Under the pieces are notes generated by a model. It worked only from the letters and a program-made list of their open reading frames with translations, was not told the origin of the DNA and did no database searches. A DNA stretch of 32,000 bases from Breznakia sp. PF5-3 (GTDB lineage: Bacteria; Bacillota_I; Bacilli_A; Erysipelotrichales; Erysipelotrichaceae): positions 60,001 to 92,000 of the forward strand of contig NZ_JAQFIQ010000002.1 in assembly GCF_029504745.1 (NCBI RefSeq), in the 5' to 3' direction. The translations under genes and the position numbers were made by a program. This document shows positions 1-9,057 of this stretch, one piece after another. Numbering within the stretch: the stretch's first letter is position 1; each line of letters starts with the position of its first letter.

Positions 1-1
1 G

Positions 2-1285
2 GAGATTCAAGCTCGTTTACGTGCAGGTGGTGGAAACTATAAAGCAGGTAATGAGGCAGAAGATGCATTGCGTAAATTTAAACGTGGTTATTTCTTTGAA
101 TGGCGTATTGCAGATAAGCATAAAATGCAATATATCAAAAAAGTAGATTACTTTATCGATACAAATAAAGCAAATGATCCAAAGATGATCAGTGGAGATG
201 CATTCCAAAAAGCATTAGATATGATTGTAACAAAACCATTTCGAACAGTTCCTTACTTTGATCCAGGAGTATGGGGTGGTCAATGGATGAAGGAAGTATG
301 TAACCTTGATACAAGTAAAGCAAATTATGCATGGAGTTTTGATGGCGTTCCAGAAGAGAATAGTGTTTTATTTGATTTTGATGGAACAGTACTAGAATTT
401 CCAGCGATGGATGTTGTTTTATCAAGACCAAAAGAATTGTTGGGACCTCAAGTATATGCAAGATTTGGAGCCGAATTTCCAATTCGTTTTGACTTCTTAG
501 ATACAATGGAAGGACAAAATCTTTCATTGCAAGTGCACCCACTAACAGAGTACGCAAAGAAACAATTTGGAATTAGTTATACACAAGATGAAAGCTATTA
601 TATTTTGGATGCAGTTGAAGGAGCTAAGGTATATCTTGGGCTAAAAGAAAATATTAATCCAGATACGATGATTGACGAATTGCGTCAAGCAAACAAAGGT
701 GAAATTGTATTTGATGCTGAAAAGTATATTAATACCTTTGAAGTGAAAAAGCACGATCACTATTTAATTCCAGCAGGAACTTGTCATTGTAGTGCTACAG
801 GAACAATGGTATTAGAAATTAGTGCTACACCATATATTTTCACTTTCAAATTATGGGATTGGGAAAGATTAGGTCTTGATGGATTGCCTAGACCAGTACA
901 TATTGAACATGGAAAAGAAGTAATTCAGTGGGATCGTACAACCCCATGGGTAGAAAAAAACTTAGTAAACAACTTTTATGATGTTGATGAAGATTGTGGA
1001 TGTCGTGTAGAACATACGGGATTACATGAGTTGGAATTTATTGAAACTAGAAGATATACAATAGATAAAAATTCAAAGCATAGTACCAATAATACAGTAA
1101 ATATGCTAAACTTAATTGACGGAAAAGAAGCAATTGTAGAAAGTGTAAATGGAGAATTTGAACCATTTGTTGTACATTATGCAGAAACATTTATCATTCC
1201 TGCAAATGTAAAAGAATATACGATTCGTCCCTATGGGTTAAGTGAAAACGAGGAAATTAAAGTTATTAAAGCATATGTAAGGTAG
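2..1285 (+). CDS. Class I mannose-6-phosphate isomerase family (cupin) protein, 5'-partial
   Basis: The frame is open from the window edge, with no stop between nt 2 and the TTG at 68 used by the ORF track, so the gene probably starts upstream. PMI-type motifs are present: LSLQVHP (metal His), QDESYYIL and IPAGTCHC. A DPGVWGGQWMKE box typical of long PMI-like proteins is also present. Confidence 0.75.
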   Translation, partial: EIQARLRAGGGNYKAGNEAEDALRKFKRGYFFEWRIADKHKMQYIKKVDYFIDTNKANDPKMISGDAFQKALDMIVTKPFRTVPYFDPGVWGGQWMKEVCNLDTSKANYAWSFDGVPEENSVLFDFDGTVLEFPAMDVVLSRPKELLGPQVYARFGAEFPIRFDFLDTMEGQNLSLQVHPLTEYAKKQFGISYTQDESYYILDAVEGAKVYLGLKENINPDTMIDELRQANKGEIVFDAEKYINTFEVKKHDHYLIPAGTCHCSATGTMVLEISATPYIFTFKLWDWERLGLDGLPRPVHIEHGKEVIQWDRTTPWVEKNLVNNFYDVDEDCGCRVEHTGLHELEFIETRRYTIDKNSKHSTNNTVNMLNLIDGKEAIVESVNGEFEPFVVHYAETFIIPANVKEYTIRPYGLSENEEIKVIKAYVR

Positions 1286-1293
1286 GTGTAATT

Positions 1294-2031
1294 ATGAAAC
1301 TAAACCATTCGAAAGAGGCAATGCCCTTATATCTTCAAATAAAAAATCATTTGAAACAAAAAATAGAAAATAAAGAATATAAAATGAATGATATAATTCC
1401 TGGAGAATTAGAACTGGAAAAAATTTATAATGTGAGTAGAATTACAGTACGTCAGGCAATTCTCGAACTGGAAAGAGAAGGTTATGTTTCAAGAGCACGA
1501 GGAAAAGGAACAACTGTAATCTATAATGACAAGATTAATGAATTCTTGTTTGAGATTAAATCTTTTACTAAAGAAATGGAAGATCGAGGCATAACACCAT
1601 CGACAAAATCTGTGGAGATGAAAAAAGTAAAAGCAAATGCAGATGTGGCAAAAGTTTTCAATATCAAAGAAGATGATGAAGTATTTTTATTGCATCGTGT
1701 ACGTTGTGGAAATGGCGAACCAGTTGTAATTTTTCATACATATTTAAATAGTAAATATCCATTTCCAATGGATAAAGAGAAATATATGAATTCAATGTAT
1801 GATGTATTTGATGAAATAGGGGTAAAAACACCTGTTCGTGTTTGTGAAACATTTGAAGCAATTTCAGCGTCAGCAGAAGTGGCTAAAGAATTAGAAATTA
1901 AAGAAGGTAGCCCTATTTTCTTTAGAGTCAGAAAATCATACGATATCTATGATGAAATAGTAGAGTATAGTTTATGTTATTACCCAGGTAATAAATATAC
2001 ATATTCTACAGAACTAACAAATCGGGGGTAA
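1294..2031 (+). CDS. GntR family (HutC/UTRA subfamily) transcriptional regulator
   Basis: N-terminal wHTH ELEKIYNVSRITVRQAILELEREGYVSRARGKGTTV. The ~160-aa C-terminal region matches UTRA size and pattern. The ATG lies 8 nt after the upstream stop, with an aggtaggtg RBS. Confidence 0.85.
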   Translation: MKLNHSKEAMPLYLQIKNHLKQKIENKEYKMNDIIPGELELEKIYNVSRITVRQAILELEREGYVSRARGKGTTVIYNDKINEFLFEIKSFTKEMEDRGITPSTKSVEMKKVKANADVAKVFNIKEDDEVFLLHRVRCGNGEPVVIFHTYLNSKYPFPMDKEKYMNSMYDVFDEIGVKTPVRVCETFEAISASAEVAKELEIKEGSPIFFRVRKSYDIYDEIVEYSLCYYPGNKYTYSTELTNRG

Positions 2032-2035
2032 AGTA

Positions 2036-2734
2036 ATGGATACAAGTAAATTAGATGAAAAACGTTTAGCTAAGTATTTTGATCATACTTTATTATTTGC
2101 ATATTCAAGTGAACAAGATTTTGAAGCGTTTGTAAAAGAAGCGATTGATATGGATGTAAAGATGTTAGCTATCAATTCTTGCCAAGTAAAAAGATGTAAA
2201 CATCTATTAGGTGATAATGAAAAGAATATTCATGTTGGAGCTGCAATTGGGTTTCCTTTAGGTCAAACAACGATTGAAGTAAAAGCCTTTGAAACATTAA
2301 AATCAATTGAAGATGGATGTGATGAAATTGATTATGTTATCAATATTGGTAAGTTAAAAGATAAGGACTACGATTATATTAAAAAAGAAATGCAAACAAT
2401 TGTTGATCTTTGTCGTGAACACAATGTTATCAGTAAAGTGATTTTTGAGAACTGTTATTTAGAAAAAGATGAAATTAAGAAGATGAGTTTACTAGCGAAG
2501 GAAGTCAAACCTGATTTTATTAAAACTTCAACCGGTTTTGGAACTGGTGGAGCTACTTTAGAAGATGTAAAGATTATGTTGGATGCAGTAGCAGGTGAAG
2601 TGAAGGTAAAAGCGGCTGGAGGAATTCGTGATTGGGAAACATGTAAAGCTATGATTGAGCTTGGTGTGGAACGAATCGGGACACGTTCTAGTGCGGCGAT
2701 CTTGGAAGGATTTAGAAAAGAAAGGAACTCATAA
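2036..2734 (+). CDS. deoC: Deoxyribose-phosphate aldolase (class I aldolase, DeoC family)
   Basis: FDHTLL near the N-terminus, Schiff-base lysine context DFIKTSTGF, and VKAAGGIR. Length is 232 aa. RBS is gggggtaaagta. Confidence 0.85.
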   Translation: MDTSKLDEKRLAKYFDHTLLFAYSSEQDFEAFVKEAIDMDVKMLAINSCQVKRCKHLLGDNEKNIHVGAAIGFPLGQTTIEVKAFETLKSIEDGCDEIDYVINIGKLKDKDYDYIKKEMQTIVDLCREHNVISKVIFENCYLEKDEIKKMSLLAKEVKPDFIKTSTGFGTGGATLEDVKIMLDAVAGEVKVKAAGGIRDWETCKAMIELGVERIGTRSSAAILEGFRKERNS

Positions 2735-2736
2735 TC

Positions 2737-3603
2737 ATGAAAAAAGTTGCGATTACTGGAGCTAATGGATATTTAGCGTCTCTAATACGAAGATATAATG
2801 AAATGAATTTTGAAATTATACCAATTACGCGAAAAGAAGTAGATTTTGAAAAACCAGAAGATGTCAAAGCTTATTTTGAAAAGCTTGATTTTGATATTGT
2901 TTTTCATACTGCTGCAAATGCTAATACGGCTTTTGGAGAAGAGTTTCCAGAGCGTAGCTATAAGATTAACACCGCATCTGCAATCGCAATTGCTGATGTT
3001 TGTAATGCAAGAAAGAAACGGATGATTTTTATTTCTACAGAACAATGTTTTAATGGACATACTAAGCCAGGTCCTTTTAAAGAGGAAGATGAATTGATTA
3101 GTGTTACAAATTATGGGAAGCAAAAAGCAGAAGTGGATGAATATTTACAAAACCATGTAAATGATTATGTAACATTACGGCTTTCATGGATGATGGGTAT
3201 GTCACAACCAGGAATTCATCCTAGTCCAAATATAATAAAAAATACTTTGGATGCAATCATGAAGAAAAAAGAAACTTTATTTACAGTTAATGAAGTAAGA
3301 GGAATGACATATGCACAAGATTTAGCAGATCAATTTGTGAACATAACCAAATTACCAACTGGCGTATATCATTTTTCTAATATAAATAACTTAAATACTT
3401 ATGAGGCAGCAAAGTATGTAGCAAAACAATTTGGCTTTGATGATGATGTTATCGCGAAATATATCTTACCTAATCACGAACGTTATGCAGATCGCTTCCG
3501 TGATTATCGTTTAGATAATACAAAGGCAAAACGACATGGACTTCGTTTATCAACCTTTGAAGACGATGTAGATAGATGTTTAAAAGATTATGGATGGAAA
3601 TAA
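2737..3603 (+). CDS. Extended SDR / RmlD-substrate-binding-like NAD(P)-dependent sugar reductase or epimerase
   Basis: Rossmann motif ITGANGYLAS at the N-terminus and a YxxxK catalytic motif (YGKQK). Length is 288 aa. The start is coupled 2 nt after the deoC stop. Confidence 0.7.
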   Translation: MKKVAITGANGYLASLIRRYNEMNFEIIPITRKEVDFEKPEDVKAYFEKLDFDIVFHTAANANTAFGEEFPERSYKINTASAIAIADVCNARKKRMIFISTEQCFNGHTKPGPFKEEDELISVTNYGKQKAEVDEYLQNHVNDYVTLRLSWMMGMSQPGIHPSPNIIKNTLDAIMKKKETLFTVNEVRGMTYAQDLADQFVNITKLPTGVYHFSNINNLNTYEAAKYVAKQFGFDDDVIAKYILPNHERYADRFRDYRLDNTKAKRHGLRLSTFEDDVDRCLKDYGWK

Positions 3604-3634
3604 AAAAAGATGTTGATGATTCAACATCTATGAA

Positions 3635-3664
3635 AGACTGTTGACAAAATTGACAGTCTTTTTA
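3635..3664 (+). terminator. Rho-independent terminator of the sugar operon
   Basis: Stem agactgt/acagtct (3635-3659) followed by ttttt. A second hairpin, gatgttga/tcaacatc, lies at 3609-3628. Confidence 0.6.
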
Positions 3665-3669
3665 AAATA

Positions 3670-3691
3670 CCTCCACTTTTGTAAGTGGAGG
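3670..3691 (-). terminator. Terminator hairpin downstream of gdhA
   Basis: Perfect 9-bp stem cctccactt/aagtggagg with a 4-nt loop. On the minus strand it is followed by a tatttta tract. Confidence 0.6.
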
Positions 3692-3725
3692 TAATATCTA
3701 TATTCTAATAATGTAGGTTTATTTA

Positions 3726-5090
<1,365 letters not shown>

Positions 5091-5093
5091 TTA

Positions 5094-5131
5094 CAAAAAA
5101 AGATGCAGTAGGAAAAATACCTACAGCATCT
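5094..5131 (-). terminator. Terminator-like hairpin plus U7 between asnB and gdhA
   Basis: On the minus strand the sequence reads agatgctgtagg-tattttt-cctactgcatct followed by ttttttt. It sits 97 nt downstream of the asnB stop and 31 nt upstream of the gdhA ATG. Confidence 0.7.
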
Positions 5132-5146
5132 TTGCTGTTATAGAAA

Positions 5147-5175
5147 AGTTTATCCTTTCTAAAGTGAATTGTCAA
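5147..5175 (-). promoter_or_regulatory. Candidate sigma-A promoter reading toward gdhA (TTGACA-17-TAAACT)
   Basis: On the minus strand, TTGACA is the reverse complement of 5170-5175. A 17-nt spacer follows, then TAAACT (reverse complement of 5147-5152). Confidence 0.4.
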
Positions 5176-5227
5176 GATAGATTTTTATTTTTTATTTACA
5201 TATGCTTATTTTAAATGGTATTGTTAA

Positions 5228-6808
5228 TTAAATTCCGCTTTTTCCATAATTGGAAAGAACTCTAGCACTTGGATCATCTACCTTACATCCTTCCCATGTT
5301 TGGTTTGGTAACCAATAAGAAGAAATCAATGTATCATATCCATGATAATATTTAGAGAAAAGTTCACGATAATATAAACTTTCCTTCGTATAAGGAGGAC
5401 AATGTTTATATTGTTGCTTTCTTTCATAAAATAGTTCATCTGTATATTTTGTTTCAACATATGCTTTTATATAATCTACTAATGAATGCCCCACTGCATC
5501 AGAAAAGGCTGCTTTATCACGATACAGGATTGATTCTGGTAAGAACCCTTTAGCGAAAGCTTTTCGCAATAAATACTTTCCCATATGATAGTGATTCATT
5601 TTCAATTTTGGATCAATACTCATGATATAATCTGCAAATTTTAAATCACCAAAAGGAACTCGTCCTTCCAAACCACATGAAGAAATACAACGATCTGCAC
5701 GTAATACATCATACATATATAACTCACGTACTCTTTTTTGAGCTTCTTTTTGAAATTCTGTGGCATTGGGAGCATAGTCTGTATATTTATAACCTAGTAG
5801 TTCATCAGATATTTCACCTGTGAACAAGACTTTGATATTGGTATGTTTTTGTATCCATTTGCATAGCAAATACATTCCCACAGAAGCACGAATGGTGGTA
5901 ATATCCCAAGTTTCTAATATCCACACAACTTCAGGAAGTATCTGTAGTACTTCCTCTTTTGTGATAATAACTTCTGTATGTTCACTACCGATATAAGTAG
6001 CAACTTCACGTGCATATTTTAGATCGATTGCATCTTTCTCCATTCCGATTGCAAAGGTACGAATAGGGTGATTAGATATTTTGGCAGCGATTGCACATAC
6101 AATACTAGAATCTAGTCCACCGCTTAATAAATAGCCCACAGGAGCATCTGCATCCATTCGCTTTTCAATGGCATCCCATAAGCGTTGGTTGATATCATTA
6201 CATATTACATTTATATCTTTATTGATAAAACTAGATGCTTGGGATACATCATAATATGAGGTGAAAGTACCATCTTTATAAAAACAACCAGGTGGGAAAG
6301 GATACACTTCATTACAAAGATTAATAAGACATTTGGCTTCTGAAGCGAACATAATCTTTTTACTGTTCTTATGATAACCATAAAATATTCCTCGAATACC
6401 AAAAGGGTCTCTTGCAGCAATAAGTGAATCGGTTTTCGCATCATATAGAACACAGGCAAATTCAGCATCCAATTTTTTAAACATAGCCGTTCCATATTCT
6501 TTATACAGTGGTAATAAAAGTTCACAATCACTTTCGGATGTAAACGTGTACTTTTTTTCTAAAGTTTTCTTCAATTTGCGAAATCCATACAGTTCACCAT
6601 TACAGATAACAAGTGAACCTTCAAATTCAAAAGGTTGCATTCCTTTTTCATCCATACCCATAATTGCTAACCGGTGAAAACCAAAGTACCCGGCGTCCTT
6701 TTTTATGATGTTACTCATATCAGGACCACGATAGCGTATTTTATCAAATTCCTCTTTAAAAACTTCAGCGCTTACGCTGATATCTTCACAAAACATAAAT
6801 CCACACAT
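5228..6808 (-). CDS. asnB: Asparagine synthetase B (glutamine-hydrolysing)
   Basis: 526 aa. N-terminal MCGF gives the Cys2 Ntn-amidotransferase nucleophile, and SGGLDSS is the PP-loop. RBS is aaggaggaag. Confidence 0.92.
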   Translation of the reverse strand: MCGFMFCEDISVSAEVFKEEFDKIRYRGPDMSNIIKKDAGYFGFHRLAIMGMDEKGMQPFEFEGSLVICNGELYGFRKLKKTLEKKYTFTSESDCELLLPLYKEYGTAMFKKLDAEFACVLYDAKTDSLIAARDPFGIRGIFYGYHKNSKKIMFASEAKCLINLCNEVYPFPPGCFYKDGTFTSYYDVSQASSFINKDINVICNDINQRLWDAIEKRMDADAPVGYLLSGGLDSSIVCAIAAKISNHPIRTFAIGMEKDAIDLKYAREVATYIGSEHTEVIITKEEVLQILPEVVWILETWDITTIRASVGMYLLCKWIQKHTNIKVLFTGEISDELLGYKYTDYAPNATEFQKEAQKRVRELYMYDVLRADRCISSCGLEGRVPFGDLKFADYIMSIDPKLKMNHYHMGKYLLRKAFAKGFLPESILYRDKAAFSDAVGHSLVDYIKAYVETKYTDELFYERKQQYKHCPPYTKESLYYRELFSKYYHGYDTLISSYWLPNQTWEGCKVDDPSARVLSNYGKSGI

Positions 6809-6827
6809 TTTTCTTCCTCCTTAAACG

Positions 6828-7085
6828 AAAAAAACAGTCATCATCCCAAGGGACGAATGACTGTGTATCCGCGGTACCACCCTATTTATCATAATTGTGA
6901 ATTTATGATCTCTTTTATTAACTATCATTAATAAGTACTTTTAACGTTGTACATACGGCTTACACTACTATATCGCATAAGCAACTCCGAGGTGTTTTTC
7001 ACTTTAGGCTTATTATTGGGTTTCCACTATCACCAATTCACTGAATACAGTTTCTAAAGATACTCGTCCTCATCTATGTTGTTAC
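6828..7085 (-). promoter_or_regulatory. T-box riboswitch leader (tRNA-Asn specifier) controlling asnB
   Basis: On the minus strand, the conserved T-box sequence AGGGTGGTACCGCG is the reverse complement of 6870-6883. A terminator stem follows (acagtcattcgtcccttgggatgatgactgt plus ttttttt, 6828-6864). Stem I begins GATGAGGACGAGTA (GA/K-turn-like). The specifier context is GAAAAACA-CCTC, where CCTC pairs with the 5' GAGG, giving codon AAC at 6994-6996. Confidence 0.85.
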
Positions 7086-7090
7086 AGCTT

Positions 7091-7118
7091 ATTTTACTCA
7101 TGTTTTTAGAAGTGTCAA
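7091..7118 (-). promoter_or_regulatory. Candidate promoter of the T-box/asnB transcript (TTGACA-16-TAAAAT)
   Basis: On the minus strand, TTGACA is the reverse complement of 7113-7118 and TAAAAT is the reverse complement of 7091-7096. It lies just upstream of T-box stem I. Confidence 0.55.
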
Positions 7119-7136
7119 GAAAAAAGAAGCAAATAT

Positions 7137-7165
7137 TTGATAAAAAAGGAGCGATATATTATAAT
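7137..7165 (+). promoter_or_regulatory. Candidate promoter (TTGATA-17-TATAAT) for the CNNM-family gene
   Basis: TTGATA at 7137-7142, a 17-nt spacer, then TATAAT at 7160-7165. It lies about 50 nt upstream of the TTG start. Confidence 0.5.
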
Positions 7166-7215
7166 ACTAAGTACTAGATATTTATAAGAATTTATAGAAA
7201 AAGGAGTGGTAAATT

Positions 7216-8487
7216 TTGGATCCCCAGCAGATTGGTATCATAATAGCATTAATAATTCTTATTCTTTTATCCGCATGTTTTTCATCAAGTGAAACAGCTT
7301 ATTCACATGTGAATGGTATTCGGTTGAAAAACATGGCAAAAGAAGGTAATAAAAAAGCAGAGGTAGCATATCAAGTATATCGAAATTTAACTGCTGCTAT
7401 TACAACTATTTTAATCGGAAATAATATTGTGAATATTTTAGCGACATCTTTAGCGACGTTGTTATTTTCTCAGTTATTTGGTGAATTGGGAGTTGCAATA
7501 GCTACTGCAGTAATGACGGTCTTGATTTTGGTTTTTGGTGAAATTACACCAAAAGTAATTGCCCAATCAAAACCAGAAGCAATTTGTATGTTTATGGCTC
7601 GACCGATGCTTATTTTAATGGCGGTATTTAAGCCAGTGAGCTCGATTGCAGTTAGCGCACAATCAAAATGGGAAGACGGTGAAGATATTAAAAAAGTCAC
7701 TGCTACCGAAGATGAGCTATTAGAAATAGTATCTACAATTGAACAAGAGGGAGTTCTTGTTCAAGATGAGAGAGAACTTATAGAAAGTGTAATAGAATTT
7801 GATGATACTAGTATAAAGGATGTCATGGTTCCCCGCGATGAAGTGATTTGGATCTATGATAATGCTTCTTATACAACATTGAAAAAGATTGTAAGAGAAA
7901 ATAAACTATCACGGTTTCCAGTTATTTCCCATGAAACTTTGAAAGTGGTTGGAATACTACGTATTCGTGATATATTAGATTGTTTATTATCTGATCGCAA
8001 GGTTAATATCACAAAGATGATGAGCGCCCCAATTTTTGTATCTCAGCGAAAGAAACTTCCTCAAATTTTGGAAGAAATTCAAAAAAGTAGAGTACATATG
8101 GCGATTGTTACTGAAAGTAGTAAGATAGATAATTTTGTAGGTGTTGTAACATTGGAAGATATTCTTGAAGAGTTAGTGGGAGAAATTTATGATGAATATG
8201 ATTTACTTCCAGATCATGTTGTAGAATTTGGACATCATACGTTTGAAGTAGAAGGAAAAGTGAATTTAGCACATTTCTTTGATGAATATTTAGATGATTA
8301 TGAATTGCCACAAACAGCAGCTCGTTCAGTTGCACAATGGGTCAAGGAATTGGCTGGTGGTAAAGTTCGTAAAGGTAAAGAGATTGAATATGAAAATTAT
8401 GAAATCAAAGTATTAGCAACAAAAGAGGGTATGGCTACAAAGATTGAACTTAGAGCTTTAACCCCTGTTGAAGATGACGAAGAGTAG
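7216..8487 (+). CDS. Hemolysin-family / CNNM (CorB/CorC-like) protein: DUF21 membrane domain, CBS pair, CorC_HlyC domain
   Basis: TTG start with RBS aaaggagtgg. About 4 TM helices lie in the first 140 aa. The cytosolic part has a CBS-pair pattern (DVMVPRDEV ... LEDILEELVGEI) and a C-terminal transporter-associated domain. Confidence 0.8.
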   Translation: MDPQQIGIIIALIILILLSACFSSSETAYSHVNGIRLKNMAKEGNKKAEVAYQVYRNLTAAITTILIGNNIVNILATSLATLLFSQLFGELGVAIATAVMTVLILVFGEITPKVIAQSKPEAICMFMARPMLILMAVFKPVSSIAVSAQSKWEDGEDIKKVTATEDELLEIVSTIEQEGVLVQDERELIESVIEFDDTSIKDVMVPRDEVIWIYDNASYTTLKKIVRENKLSRFPVISHETLKVVGILRIRDILDCLLSDRKVNITKMMSAPIFVSQRKKLPQILEEIQKSRVHMAIVTESSKIDNFVGVVTLEDILEELVGEIYDEYDLLPDHVVEFGHHTFEVEGKVNLAHFFDEYLDDYELPQTAARSVAQWVKELAGGKVRKGKEIEYENYEIKVLATKEGMATKIELRALTPVEDDEE

Positions 8488-8497
8488 AGGTGGTAAA

Positions 8498-8968
8498 ATG
8501 TTTCTTCAAAAAATAGAAAGTAAGAATGCACCAAAACCAGTTGGTGCGTATTCTCCAGCAGTAAAACTAGGAGATTTTGTATATATGTCTGGACAACTTG
8601 GTTTAGATCCAAATACAAATGAATTGGTTGAAGGTATTGAAAACCAAACAAGACAAGTGATGGAAAATATTAAAGCTTTATTAAATGAAAAAGGCTTGGA
8701 TATGCATCATATTGTTAAGACAACAATTTTATTGGATAACATTGATGATTTTCAAAAAGTTAATGAAATCTATGGTGCTTATTTTGAAGGTGTCTATCCA
8801 GCAAGAAGCGCATTCGAAGTTGCGCGTTTACCAAAAAATGCTTTGGTAGAAATAGAATGTCTAGTGATTGATACACTTATGTATGAACGTCAACAAGAAG
8901 GCTGTGGTGGCTGTGGAGGTCATGAAGGCGAAGGTTGTGGAGACGATTGTGGATGTGAAGGATGTTAA
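8498..8968 (+). CDS. ridA: RidA/YjgF family enamine-imine deaminase with C-terminal Cys/Gly-rich extension
   Basis: APKPVGAYSPAVKLGDFVYMSGQLGLDP and ARSAFEVARLPKNALVEIE are typical RidA blocks. I prefer the ATG at 8498 (RBS gaggtgg 8487-8493) over the track start at 8468, which overlaps the upstream gene. The tail is QQEGCGGCGGHEGEGCGDDCGCEGC. Confidence 0.85.
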   Translation: MFLQKIESKNAPKPVGAYSPAVKLGDFVYMSGQLGLDPNTNELVEGIENQTRQVMENIKALLNEKGLDMHHIVKTTILLDNIDDFQKVNEIYGAYFEGVYPARSAFEVARLPKNALVEIECLVIDTLMYERQQEGCGGCGGHEGEGCGDDCGCEGC

Positions 8969-8987
8969 TATAACATCCTTTTCTTTT
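8958..8987 (+). terminator. Rho-independent terminator overlapping the ridA stop
   Basis: Stem aaggatgtta/taacatcctt with a 3-nt loop, followed by ttctttt. Confidence 0.75.
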
Positions 8988-9057
8988 GATTCAGCCTATG
9001 AAAATCGTAGCAATTATTATATAATGAGAGTGTTATTTTTTTAATAAGGGGGACAAA

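Noticed and set aside
8468-8497. Longer start (ATG 8468) for ridA
   Set aside because: It overlaps the end of the upstream CNNM gene and lacks an SD. The ATG at 8498 is preceded by gaggtgg and gives the canonical RidA N-terminus.
8969-9057. Purine riboswitch upstream of the AzgA-type purine permease
   Set aside because: I looked for the conserved purine-riboswitch junction and loop motifs and for a three-way junction. The 89-nt gap holds only a terminator, a TATAAT-like box and the RBS, which leaves too little room for an aptamer.
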